64,000 nt of DNA. It comes from Patescibacteria group bacterium (lineage in GTDB: Bacteria; Patescibacteriota; Patescibacteriia; JAXHNJ01). Location: the NCBI GenBank assembly GCA_034520665.1, contig JAXHNJ010000001.1, positions 130,579-194,578 on the forward strand, in the 5' to 3' direction. This document shows positions 10,421-20,227 of this stretch, piece by piece. A model generated the notes under the pieces. The model was not told where the DNA came from and did no database searches. It saw only the letters and a list, made by a program, of their open reading frames with translations. The position numbers and the translations under genes were made by a program. The number at the start of each line of letters is the position of its first letter. Within the stretch, counting starts at the first letter, position 1.

Positions 10421-11347
10421 TTATAAATATTTACGTTTTTTAAAATATTGCCACATGCCCATAGCCACTACAATTAAAAGCATCAAGATGAGCCAAAAAG
10501 CCCAGGGCAGATTAAGAAAAGGAGTACCCGGAGCACCAATACCAAATAAAGTAGCCACCAGTGTCATAACAAAGATAACTACCGACATAGTGGTAAAGGT
10601 TTTCATAATATCATTCAGCCGGTTAGAAATCAGTGATTCATTAGTGTCTTGCAGAGTTTCAATAGCTTCCTTAAATCCGCCTAAATGATCCCAGATCTCC
10701 TTACTTAATTCTATTAGGTCATTATAATAAATTTTAATTTTTGAACTGGTTGAAAAATTACGGTCTTTAATAACGGCTGCTAATTTTTTGAGAGTATTTT
10801 TATGGGCCTGCATAATTTTTCTAAAATCTGTAATGTTGCGGCGGGTGATTAATAATTCTGAGAGATTTTTTCTTTCATAACCGGCAAATATTTGTTTTTC
10901 AATAGTGCGAATATCAATACTAATATGATCAAGCATGGGGTAACAATAACTAAGTAGTTTATCTAACATTTCATAAAGCAGATAACTTGAGCCGTGAGAC
11001 AAAAGTCTTTGAGAATCTTCATCATCAGTCTGGCATTTTTCATAAAGCTCATTAACCGGCGGTAGTTTGGTATCATGGATAGTAATAATTAGGTTATGAC
11101 CGATAAAAAAGTTTATTTCAGACGGCTCAATTTCGCGAGTCTCACGGTTATAAACTGGGAAAATTAAGACTAAAAATATATAATCTTCGTATTTTTCAAT
11201 TTTTGGTCTTTGTCCAGAAACTAAACAATCCTCTAAATCTAGAGGATGGAAGTTAAAATTATTACGCAAAAAATCAATCTCACCTTTAGTGGCTTCAGAG
11301 ATATTGACCCAACGTAAATTATTCTTTTTTAGTTCCGCTAAACTCAT
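10421..11347 (-). CDS. corA: CorA-family Mg2+/divalent cation transporter
   Basis: FHPLDLEDCL, RPKIE, LNDIMKTFT and two C-terminal TMs. The canonical GMN motif reads GIG. Confidence 0.88.
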   Translation of the reverse strand: MSLAELKKNNLRWVNISEATKGEIDFLRNNFNFHPLDLEDCLVSGQRPKIEKYEDYIFLVLIFPVYNRETREIEPSEINFFIGHNLIITIHDTKLPPVNELYEKCQTDDEDSQRLLSHGSSYLLYEMLDKLLSYCYPMLDHISIDIRTIEKQIFAGYERKNLSELLITRRNITDFRKIMQAHKNTLKKLAAVIKDRNFSTSSKIKIYYNDLIELSKEIWDHLGGFKEAIETLQDTNESLISNRLNDIMKTFTTMSVVIFVMTLVATLFGIGAPGTPFLNLPWAFWLILMLLIVVAMGMWQYFKKRKYL

Positions 11348-11599
11348 TTTTTATTTTTATTTTATGGCTAAGTTGCCTCTTTTTTTGTTTTTTTGTTTTT
11401 AAAATCCCAAATGCTTTTTTTGGGACATTATACCTATATTGTAGCATACTTTAGTACTTTTGTAAAGGGCACTTGGTAATGTGCACAGACATATGGCGGT
11501 TTTCTATAAAACGAATTAAGCCAGTAATTGTAATAATAATTGGCTTTCTTTCACGCCTAATGATATTTATCTCCGCCTAATTAAATTTTTATTAAGAGC

Positions 11600-11627
11600 G
11601 TAGCCGCCAGTCGCGACTGACAGCTAC
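11600..11627. repeat. GTAG-type REP palindrome
   Basis: GTAGCCGCCAGTCGCGACTGACAGCTAC; related copy at 36167-36194. Confidence 0.7.
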
Positions 11628-11703
11628 TAGGGTAAAAAACAAAGAAAATAAAAAAAGCCCGGGACAAATAAATGCCACCGGGCTAAATCTTTTCGGAAGG
11701 ATG

Positions 11704-12183
11704 TTAATTATTAATAACATCCAGTTCAAACGAGCCATAGCCAGGCTCGTTAGCGGCTTTGGGCAGTCTTATAACACTACCCATTATATGACCGTGCATA
11801 CTATAAATACGGCCATCGGCGGCCTGGATTTTAATCCGATGTCCTTTGTTAGTGGACATCGAGATTAAGTAATACCCGGGTTTTAACAAGAGTCTTTTAA
11901 TACCACCTGGCTCAAGTTGCAAATGAATATTTTTAGCTCTACTTTCTTGCAACTTATAATTGTGAGTAGTAGTATTCATATTTTTAGATTTTGATACCCG
12001 GGGGGTAAACTCATTCGAGCTTAAAGGCTCTATGCTTACCCTCCCAATATGTATACTGGGATTGAAAAAAGTAAGATAAGCCTTTTTGTGTCGAGTTATA
12101 CTGTACCTCTTAACATAAGAGGTACAGCCAAATAAACTGGTAATAAAAACTAAAGCGAAGAAAATCAGAATTAATCGTTTCAT
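11704..12183 (-). CDS. Putative lipoprotein
   Basis: Signal peptide with LFGC lipobox; AGGAGG SD. Confidence 0.75.
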   Translation of the reverse strand: MKRLILIFFALVFITSLFGCTSYVKRYSITRHKKAYLTFFNPSIHIGRVSIEPLSSNEFTPRVSKSKNMNTTTHNYKLQESRAKNIHLQLEPGGIKRLLLKPGYYLISMSTNKGHRIKIQAADGRIYSMHGHIMGSVIRLPKAANEPGYGSFELDVINN

Positions 12184-12197
12184 ATCAGGACCTCCTT

Positions 12198-12665
12198 TTA
12201 GTAGGTTTCAACCACTCCCGGCGGAGTAACATCTAGACTGTGACTAAAAAAAATCGAACCAGAATTTATTTTTATTGGTTCTGAAGTTTTAGCAGTATAG
12301 ACGTTGATTATTTTTATATAAATAATCAAATTAGCCGGCACTTTCACTTTGATTTTTTCGCCTGGCGGGACATCAATGTTGATGTCAAACCTTTTTTTTC
12401 GCAGCTGATGTCCGTTAGCGGCATAAGGCTCAAAACGCCCATACCAGTCATAATAGACATGAACTCTAGACATAACCGAAGAATCTCGGTTATTGAGTTC
12501 AACTTCAGTAATAGGCCAATTCTCTACCCTTCTAATTTTTTCATATCCGGAGTTATCTACTCCGAATTCCGGATGCAGAATATTATCCCGGAAAAACCCA
12601 ACTGAGCAACCTATGTTTAGGCTGATAAATCCGAAAAGAATGAAAAGAACAAAAATCCGTTTCAT
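12198..12665 (-). CDS. Putative lipoprotein
   Basis: Signal peptide with NIGC lipobox; AGGAGG SD. Confidence 0.72.
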   Translation of the reverse strand: MKRIFVLFILFGFISLNIGCSVGFFRDNILHPEFGVDNSGYEKIRRVENWPITEVELNNRDSSVMSRVHVYYDWYGRFEPYAANGHQLRKKRFDINIDVPPGEKIKVKVPANLIIYIKIINVYTAKTSEPIKINSGSIFFSHSLDVTPPGVVETY

Positions 12666-12803
12666 CTCAAGACCTCCTTTTTAAGGGTTCAAATAGATTC
12701 TAATAGATTTAAACAAACTTAACTTAATAGACTAACAAAATAATCTACTTTTGTCAAGGAGGGCTGATTTATGGTATAATAATATTACAATAATTCTAAA
12801 TAT

Positions 12804-13319
12804 ATGGCTATTGATGAAAAAAATTTAATAAAACAAAGGGAAAGAAAACCAGAAGATTTTGCTACAAAAGACCAAGAAAAAAGAGAAGTAAAAGAATCAG
12901 AACAAGGAAGAGAAAGTGCAGAAAGTCAAAGTGTTTCAGAGGATGAAAAATATAAGCCGGTTAGAAAAACTAGAAGAAGTATCACTGATGAAAAAACAGT
13001 TTCTAAGGCTTTAGAAAAAGGCCAGGAAAAAACCGAACAACGGCGGCAAATAGAAAATATTTTGCAGGAAGATTTGATGGATGTTTATCAAAAAATGGAC
13101 ACTCAGCAAAAGGAAATATTTAAAAAAGAAGGAGAAAAAGCAGCCTCAAAAATAGAAGTTTTAATTAATGATGTTAAGGATAAAACCCGAGAAATATTGG
13201 AAGTGGTTAAGGGCTGGTTAAAACTGATTCCCGGGGTTAATAAATTTTTTCTAGAAAAAGAAGCGAAAATAAAGAGTGATAAAATTTTGAGAATAAAAAA
13301 AGAAAAAAAAGGAGAATAA
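12804..13319 (+). CDS. Charged helical hypothetical protein
   Basis: 171 aa; WLKLIPGVNKFFLEKEAKIK motif; 2 nt upstream of the ATPase. Confidence 0.8.
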   Translation: MAIDEKNLIKQRERKPEDFATKDQEKREVKESEQGRESAESQSVSEDEKYKPVRKTRRSITDEKTVSKALEKGQEKTEQRRQIENILQEDLMDVYQKMDTQQKEIFKKEGEKAASKIEVLINDVKDKTREILEVVKGWLKLIPGVNKFFLEKEAKIKSDKILRIKKEKKGE

Positions 13320-13321
13320 AA

Positions 13322-15901
13322 ATGTATATTTTTTTACAAGCCTTACTAGATCCTGACAGCGGTGCTTTGCCGACAGTTAATACTATCAAAGACCAAGAAA
13401 ATGGATTTCTGGCTCATCCAGTAATTGGGGCTATTTTTTATATTATTTTATTTTTATTTATTCTGGCGGTGGCAGCTTTTATTATTCGTTATTTTATGCG
13501 ACGCAAATACTATCGCTCTGATTCTTTAAGGCGTGATATAATGCTGGTCACCTTGCCTAAGGAAAGAACCCAGGAAGAAAAAGAAGGCCAGCCCGAATCA
13601 AATATTCAGGAAATGATTGATCAAGTAGAAGTTTGGTACGCCAATATGGGCGGCATGAGAGCCCAGAGGGGGTTAAAGGCTTTTTTCCGTGGCCGGCAGG
13701 ATTTTTTCTCTTTAGAAATAGTGGCTCATGAAGGCTTAATTTCTTTTTATGTGGTCACACCCCATTATTTACAAAATTACATGGAAGAGCAAATTCACGC
13801 CCAGTTTCCCAAAGCCAATATTGAAATAGTGGAAGACCATAATATATTTAAGCCGGATAGTCAGGTGACGGCTACTAATTTAGTTTTTAGGAAAAAATTT
13901 ATATTTCCGATTAAAACCTATAGACATATTGATACAGATCCCTTGAGTGCTTTAACTAACACTCTCTCCAAGTTAGATAATGATGAAGGAGCGGTTATTC
14001 AATTTATTTGTCGGAGTGCTAAGGGTCAGTGGCACAACCAGGGAGCCAAAGTAGCCCGGAAAATGCACGAAGGTAAAAAATTAAAAGAAGCTACTGGAGG
14101 AAGCAGTCGTTTTTTTAATGTTATCAGGGAAATTTATCGGATTTTTGTGCCCAAGAAAGAAGAACAACCTCAAACCCCGGGCCTGGTACAGTTATCAGCC
14201 CGTGATGAAGAAATAGCCAAAAGTATTGAAGAAAAAACCTCGCGAGCTGGTTTTGATGTCAACGTAAGATTAATAGTTTCCTCTAAAACTAAACAAAGAG
14301 CCAATCATATTTTAAAAGGTATTATTGATTCATTTAACCAATATACTCTTTACGAATACGGGAACGGATTTACTAAAAAGGGTTCTTTTAAAATGAATAA
14401 ATTAATCGAGCACTATATCTATCGTACTTTTGATGAAAAAAGAAAGGTAATTTTAAATACCGAAGAAATGGCCAGTTTATTCCATTTTCCTTTAAGTATT
14501 ACTGAAACTCCCAATATTCGCTGGCTGGAAGCTAGAAAAGCCCCAGCTCCGATAAATATTCCAAAAGAAGGTATAATTTTAGGTAAGAATGTTTACCGTA
14601 ATGTAGAAAAGGAAATCCGCATGAAAGTAGAAGACAGGAGAAGACACGCTTATCTTATTGGTATGACCGGTACTGGTAAGTCAGCTTTAATGGAAGAAAT
14701 GGCTAAGCAGGATATTGCCAAAGGCCGGGGGGTTTGCTTGGTCGATCCTCACGGAGATTTAGTGGAAAATGTTTTGCGTTGTGTGCCTAAAGAAAGAGCG
14801 GATGATGTTATAATATTTGATCCATCTGATACAGAGAGACCGATGGGTCTAAATATGCTGGAAGCTAAAGATCCGGCCGAAGCTGATTTTGCGGTTCAGG
14901 AAATGATTGCTATTTTTCATAAACTTTTTCCGCCGGAAATGATTGGCCCTATGTTTGAGCACAATATGAGAAACGTGATGCTTACTTTAATCGCTGATAA
15001 AGAATACCCGGGTACTATTACTGATATTCCCCGGATGTTTTCTGATAAAGACTTTCAGGAGTATAAAGTTAAAAAAGTAGATGATCCTATAGTTAGATCT
15101 TTTTGGGAAAAAGAAATGGCTAAAACCTCGGACTTTCATAAGTCAGAAATGCTGGGTTACTTAATTTCCAAAGTTGGCCGTTTTGTGGAAAATAAAATGA
15201 TGAGAAACATTATTGGCCAATCCAGGTCCGGCTTTAATTTTGATAAAATAATGGATGAAAGTAAGATTTTATTAGTTAGTTTATCAAAGGGCAAAGTAGG
15301 GGAGGTCAATTCTAATTTACTGGGCTTAATTATTGTTTCTAAGCTGCAAATGGCGGCCATGGCCCGGGCTAAAATGCCAGAAGAAGAAAGAAAGGATTTT
15401 TATCTTTATATTGATGAGTTTCAAAATTTTATCACCGATTCTATTGCTACCATATTGTCTGAAGCTAGAAAATACCGGCTTAATTTAACTATGGCTCATC
15501 AGTATCTCGGGCAGTTGGTGGAAAAAGGCGATACTAAAATTAGAGACGCTGTTTTAGGTAATGTCGGCAGCATGATTTCTTTTAGAATTGGGGTTGATGA
15601 TGCGGAAATAATTGCTAAACAATTTTCTCCCACATTTAGTGAATATGACGTGACTAATATTCCTCGGTTTAATGCTTATGTTAAACTTCTAATTGATAAC
15701 AGTGCTTCCAAACCTTTTAATATGGCTACTTATCCGCCACAGCCAGGTAGCCGGGAAATAGCTGAAAAGATAAAAGAGCTCTCACGCCAAAAATTTGCCC
15801 GCCCCGTCAGTGAAGTTGATAGTGAAATTCTAAAAAGAACCAAACTAGGCTCAGAAAAACCAGAAGAGAAATCAATTAAAACTGATTCTGATAGAAAATA
15901 A
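13322..15901 (+). CDS. TrwB/VirD4/HerA-like ATPase with N-terminal TM
   Basis: RRRHAYLIGMTGTGKS (Walker A), DPHGDL, LYIDEFQNF (Walker B), EARKY, AHQ. Confidence 0.9.
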   Translation: MYIFLQALLDPDSGALPTVNTIKDQENGFLAHPVIGAIFYIILFLFILAVAAFIIRYFMRRKYYRSDSLRRDIMLVTLPKERTQEEKEGQPESNIQEMIDQVEVWYANMGGMRAQRGLKAFFRGRQDFFSLEIVAHEGLISFYVVTPHYLQNYMEEQIHAQFPKANIEIVEDHNIFKPDSQVTATNLVFRKKFIFPIKTYRHIDTDPLSALTNTLSKLDNDEGAVIQFICRSAKGQWHNQGAKVARKMHEGKKLKEATGGSSRFFNVIREIYRIFVPKKEEQPQTPGLVQLSARDEEIAKSIEEKTSRAGFDVNVRLIVSSKTKQRANHILKGIIDSFNQYTLYEYGNGFTKKGSFKMNKLIEHYIYRTFDEKRKVILNTEEMASLFHFPLSITETPNIRWLEARKAPAPINIPKEGIILGKNVYRNVEKEIRMKVEDRRRHAYLIGMTGTGKSALMEEMAKQDIAKGRGVCLVDPHGDLVENVLRCVPKERADDVIIFDPSDTERPMGLNMLEAKDPAEADFAVQEMIAIFHKLFPPEMIGPMFEHNMRNVMLTLIADKEYPGTITDIPRMFSDKDFQEYKVKKVDDPIVRSFWEKEMAKTSDFHKSEMLGYLISKVGRFVENKMMRNIIGQSRSGFNFDKIMDESKILLVSLSKGKVGEVNSNLLGLIIVSKLQMAAMARAKMPEEERKDFYLYIDEFQNFITDSIATILSEARKYRLNLTMAHQYLGQLVEKGDTKIRDAVLGNVGSMISFRIGVDDAEIIAKQFSPTFSEYDVTNIPRFNAYVKLLIDNSASKPFNMATYPPQPGSREIAEKIKELSRQKFARPVSEVDSEILKRTKLGSEKPEEKSIKTDSDRK

Positions 15902-16176
15902 ATTCTGAATAAAAAAATTGTTCACTTTTATTTTGTTTAAGGCCAGACTCCCAGTAGCCGGTTAATTTTTTATTTGACTAAAATTTAGCTTCCTGATAAT
16001 ATTAGTGAGCTAAAATAAAAATATAAAAAAATAAAAAAATTAAAAAAATCCCACTTCGTAAAATCCTTGATCCGCACCTACGGCGGGATCGGGACAAAAA
16101 TTAAAATTTGATATTTTATAAATAAATATAAAAACGTATAAAATAAAAGAAATAAAAATTAACTAAAAATAAAAAA

Positions 16177-16713
16177 ATGCCTAAACAAAACAAAATTCAG
16201 CTGATAAAAAAATTAATTGATACAGCTCAAGACAGTATTGCCCAGGCCAAATCACTTTTAGCTGAGATGACTGGACAAGCCGGGTCCTCAAAAATGCAGG
16301 AACGAGCCAAGGAAGTGGGCAGCGTTGATATAAATGAAAATGAAAAAATAGTGGAAGGAGTTTTTGACGGACAGAGTATGATCGGACCGGACGGGAAAGA
16401 GTATTCCATTCCTGCTAACTACGCTTCAAAATCTAAATTAGTGGAGGGTGATGTTTTAAAGTTAACCATCATGCCGGATGGTTCTTTTGTTTACAAACAA
16501 ATTAGTCCGGTTGAACGTGACCGCAAAGTGGGCACCTTGATTAAGGATGAAACCACCGGAGATTTTAAAGTATTATCTGATGATAAAACCTATAATGTGC
16601 TTTTTGCTAGCGTTACCTATTATAAAGGCGGTGTCGGGGATGAAGCGGTTATTTTAGCGCCTCGCGAGGGAGACAGCACTTGGGCGGCCGTGGAAAATGT
16701 GATTAAAAAATAG
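16177..16713 (+). CDS. Conserved hypothetical protein
   Basis: EGVFDGQSMIGPDGKEYSIPANYASKSKLVEGD motif. Confidence 0.8.
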   Translation: MPKQNKIQLIKKLIDTAQDSIAQAKSLLAEMTGQAGSSKMQERAKEVGSVDINENEKIVEGVFDGQSMIGPDGKEYSIPANYASKSKLVEGDVLKLTIMPDGSFVYKQISPVERDRKVGTLIKDETTGDFKVLSDDKTYNVLFASVTYYKGGVGDEAVILAPREGDSTWAAVENVIKK

Positions 16714-16812
16714 TTATTTTAACTTCAATTTTATATTTTTTATGACTGAGGCCTTGATTTATCAGGTCAAAGTATTGTATTATAAATAAACAACCTATTT
16801 ATAATTTTTTTT

Positions 16813-18423
16813 ATGTCTTTGACTCTTTATCGTAAGTACCGGCCCAAGAATTTTGAAGAATTGGTCGGTCAAAACCACATCAAAGAAACCCTTTTAAATG
16901 AAATTAAAAGTAAAAACTGGGCTCATGCCTATCTTTTTAACGGTCCCAAAGGAGTGGGCAAGACGACCACGGCTCGTCTTTTAGCTAAGGCTGTTAACTG
17001 TCAGCAAAGAAAAGAGGGTGAGCCTTGTAATCAGTGTCAGGCTTGCCAGGAAATAATAAAAGGGCAGGCTTTGGACGTGATTGAAATAGACGCCGCTTCA
17101 CATACCCAGGTGGATAATATTCGGGAAAATATTATTCCCAACGCCCGCACTGTACCTTCAAGGCTGGATTATAAAGTCTTTATAATTGATGAAGTGCACA
17201 TGCTCTCATTATCTGCTTTTAACGCTCTGCTCAAGATACTGGAAGAACCCCCGGCCCATGTTATATTTATTCTGGCTACTACTGAGATTCATAAGCTACC
17301 GGAAACGATTATATCTAGATGCCAGAGATTTGATTTTCAAAATGTTAATCCAAGAGAGGTAAAAAAAAGACTGGAAAAAATTGCCAAAAAAGAAAAGATT
17401 AAAATTGATGACGAGGTTTTATTAACTATTGCTTCTTTGGCTGAAGGTTCAATTCGAGACGCTGAAGTTATACTGGGCCAGGTTTTTTCTCTAGGTGAGA
17501 AAAAAATAACCAAAGAAGTAGCTGAATTAGTTTTACCCCGTTCGAATTTTAAATTAATTTACCAGCTTTTTAAAGCCCTGATAAAAAAGGATAAGACTAA
17601 AAGCATTGAAATCATTAATCAATTGATAAAAGAAGGGGTTGATATTAAAAATTTCACCAAACAGTTTCTGGATTTTTTGCGCAAAGTTCTTTTAATAAAA
17701 GTAGATAAAAGACTGGAGAAATTCTCTTATTTTGAAGTTGAAGATAAATCAGAAGAGGATTTTTATAATTTTATTAAAAGAACGGACTTAAAGGTTTTAA
17801 ATTTAATGATAAATAAACTCTTAAAATACAAAAAAGAAATTAGCTATGTTTCTATACCTCAATTACCGCTGGAATTATTTGCTATAGACATATGTCACTT
17901 TGATGAGGAAAGTAAGCCAATTGATTTTAAAAATAATAATGATAATAATAGTCATTCTAGTCAAAAAAATACTTCATCTTTACCGAAAAAGAAAAGTGAG
18001 AGCTCCAAAGATAAAAATAAATCCAATATAAATACAGAAAGTCAAAAATTAAAATCAAATAAAAATACTCCAGTTTTAAAAAAAGCCTATCAAAAATGGC
18101 CTAATATTATTAGTCATTTAAATAAAAAAAATCATTCCTTAGCCTTAGTTTTAAAAAATTGCCAGCCCATAGAACATAAAGAGGATAAATTAATAATTGG
18201 CTGTAATTTTAAGTTTCATCAGGAAAGATTGAGTGATAATAAAAATATAGTTAAGATAGAAAAGGTAATTGGTAAATTTTTTAAAAAACCCTTGAGAATA
18301 AAATTTGTAATCAGTCAGGTTAATATTAACCGAAAGTCCAGTAAACTTGGGCAAAAAGATAAAAAAAATGAAGACTTTGAGGATGTTCTAAAATCATTTG
18401 ACGGGCAGGTTTTAAAAGCTTAA
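16813..18423 (+). CDS. dnaX: DNA polymerase III subunit gamma/tau
   Basis: LYRKYRP, GPKGVGKTT, Cys4 cluster, EIDAAS, IIDEVHML, SRC. Confidence 0.97.
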   Translation: MSLTLYRKYRPKNFEELVGQNHIKETLLNEIKSKNWAHAYLFNGPKGVGKTTTARLLAKAVNCQQRKEGEPCNQCQACQEIIKGQALDVIEIDAASHTQVDNIRENIIPNARTVPSRLDYKVFIIDEVHMLSLSAFNALLKILEEPPAHVIFILATTEIHKLPETIISRCQRFDFQNVNPREVKKRLEKIAKKEKIKIDDEVLLTIASLAEGSIRDAEVILGQVFSLGEKKITKEVAELVLPRSNFKLIYQLFKALIKKDKTKSIEIINQLIKEGVDIKNFTKQFLDFLRKVLLIKVDKRLEKFSYFEVEDKSEEDFYNFIKRTDLKVLNLMINKLLKYKKEISYVSIPQLPLELFAIDICHFDEESKPIDFKNNNDNNSHSSQKNTSSLPKKKSESSKDKNKSNINTESQKLKSNKNTPVLKKAYQKWPNIISHLNKKNHSLALVLKNCQPIEHKEDKLIIGCNFKFHQERLSDNKNIVKIEKVIGKFFKKPLRIKFVISQVNINRKSSKLGQKDKKNEDFEDVLKSFDGQVLKA

Positions 18424-18543
18424 AAGAATAAAAACAAGTCGAGATCGTCTTCGCCCTTTAATTTTCTTTTGACTTATTTCCTTGGTTCAAGATCAATTTC
18501 GGGCTTCGGCCGATAAAATCTTAATACTAAAATATTATTACAT

Positions 18544-18767
18544 AGTGGGGTCGTCTAATGGTCCCGCACCCAATTCTCGTTTTACTCGAATGGGGACGGG
18601 ATAAATAGGAGGCCTGATTCTGGTTCAGGTAATCCTGGTCCGCCCGCCAAAAATTTCTCGATCCGGGGTCGTCTAATGGCAGGACGCCTGATTCTGGTTC
18701 AGGTAATCTTGGTTCGAATCCAAGCCCCGGAGAAATTTTTAGGCGGGTGAAAATCCTGGTCTCCCAG
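18544..18767 (+). pseudogene. Degenerate tRNA-Gln(CTG) interrupted in the D-loop and T-loop
   Basis: AGTGGGGTCGTCTAATGGT[ins 18563-18606]AGGAGGCCTGATTCTGGTTCAGGTAATCCTGGTCCG[ins 18643-~18751]AATCCTGGTCTCCCAG. Confidence 0.75.
18662..18732 (+). tRNA. tRNA-Gln (anticodon CTG)
   Basis: Acceptor TCCGGGG/CCCCGGA, anticodon arm CCTGA-TTCTGGT-TCAGG, T-arm CTTGG-TTCGAAT-CCAAG; CCA not encoded. Confidence 0.95.
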
Positions 18768-19179
18768 TTTTTTATTTAGGTTCGGCGCTGAAAGGTCTAT
18801 CTTAGCCAAAAAAGCAGAACCAATCTTCTAAAGTTGATCTATTAAATTTGATTTGATAACCCTTCATAAACTAAAATGTGGATTTTTTGTATTTGACATC
18901 AAATTTATGATAATTTAAACTAATAGTATACATTAATGCTTACTATTAGTTTATATATATAAAAAACTTGATTTTGAAAATTTATAAGGCACACCAGCCA
19001 GGACATTTTATAGCAGCTCTTCAGAAAAAACTAGCAAAAGAAGATATAAATATTACTTTCTTGGGAATAAATAGAAGGGGGACAAAGAGCTCTCTGAGGA
19101 GATTAGATAATCTTTTGAAGAAAATATAAATATAGAGCCGTTGTTTTAAACGACGGCTTTTTTATCATATAATTTTGAT

Positions 19180-19614
19180 ATGAATAATAAATGCAAACCA
19201 AAATTAATAAGTGCCTGTCTTTTGGGTATTAAATGCCGGTGGGATGCAAAATTTAAACCTTGCCAAAAAGCAATTGAATTATTTAAACAAGGCCAGGTTA
19301 TTCCCGTATGCCCGGAACAATTAGGAGGTTTGCCTACTCCTAGAATTCCCCAGGAGATTCAAAAAGACGGCAGAGTATTAAATAAAGAAGGGAGAGAAGT
19401 AACGGAGGAATTTAAAAAGGGAGCTAGCGAAACCTTAAGAATAGCCAAATTATTAGGAGTGAAAGAATTCATTGGTAAGTCAAAAAGTCCTTCTTGTGGT
19501 TTTGGCAAGACTTATGATGGTACTTTTTCGGGTACTTTAGTAAAAGGTAACGGAGTTACAGCAGATCTTTTATCTAAAAATGGTATAAAAGTAATAACGG
19601 AAAAAAATTTATAA
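19180..19614 (+). CDS. DUF523 (YbbK / 2-thiouracil desulfurase-like) protein
   Basis: ISACLLG.KCRWD, VCPEQLGGLPTPR, KSKSPSCG. Confidence 0.9.
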   Translation: MNNKCKPKLISACLLGIKCRWDAKFKPCQKAIELFKQGQVIPVCPEQLGGLPTPRIPQEIQKDGRVLNKEGREVTEEFKKGASETLRIAKLLGVKEFIGKSKSPSCGFGKTYDGTFSGTLVKGNGVTADLLSKNGIKVITEKNL

Positions 19615-20107
19615 GGAAATCATTACTCCTGGTGTCTGGGGTCCTCTTGTACTTCTTTTCAGTTTAGTTATTTACGAACCTCTGAAAAATTACTTCGAAA
19701 ATCTTGCCAACAAATACTTCTTTGCCAGTATTTACAACTACCAGGCTACTCTGGAAAAACTGGCCCAGGAACTGACTCATTCTATTGACTTAGACCAAAT
19801 CATTGACTCCATTGTCAAAACTATTAGAGAAACCATGAAACTGGACCGGACTGGTGTTTTATTATTTGACCAAGAAACCTATAATTACCAGGTTAAGAGT
19901 AATATTGGCTTTTCCGTAGCCAATGGTATTTCTCTAGTTAGAAATAACTTCCTCACTAATTATTTATTAAAAAAAAGAAAACCAGTTATTTACCAAGAAC
20001 TGGAGTCTTTAAAAAGTAACGGCCATGGTGATCGCTCAGAGATTGGCAAGCTTAAGGCTAATATGAAAAAAATTGAAGCGGCTTTGTGTTTGCCTTTGGT
20101 TAAATAA
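19612..20107 (+). pseudogene. Internal fragment of a histidine kinase paralogous to 28150-30420
   Basis: Reads KEIITPGVWGP...IEAALCLPLVK*, matching ~28920-29403 with substitutions; lacks the N-terminus and the kinase domains. Confidence 0.88.
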
Positions 20108-20227
20108 TAAATAGTTTAAAGAGTTTTATTTTAGAAAAAAATTATCCTTTTTACTTTTGTAAAAAGAGGCATTTTATGGTATAATTTTAATAACTAAATT
20201 ATACTCATTTTTTTCTTATACAATATA

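Noticed and set aside
13322-15901. Conjugative element suggested by the VirD4-like ATPase
   Set aside because: No relaxase, mating-pair genes or integrase nearby; it sits among core genes.
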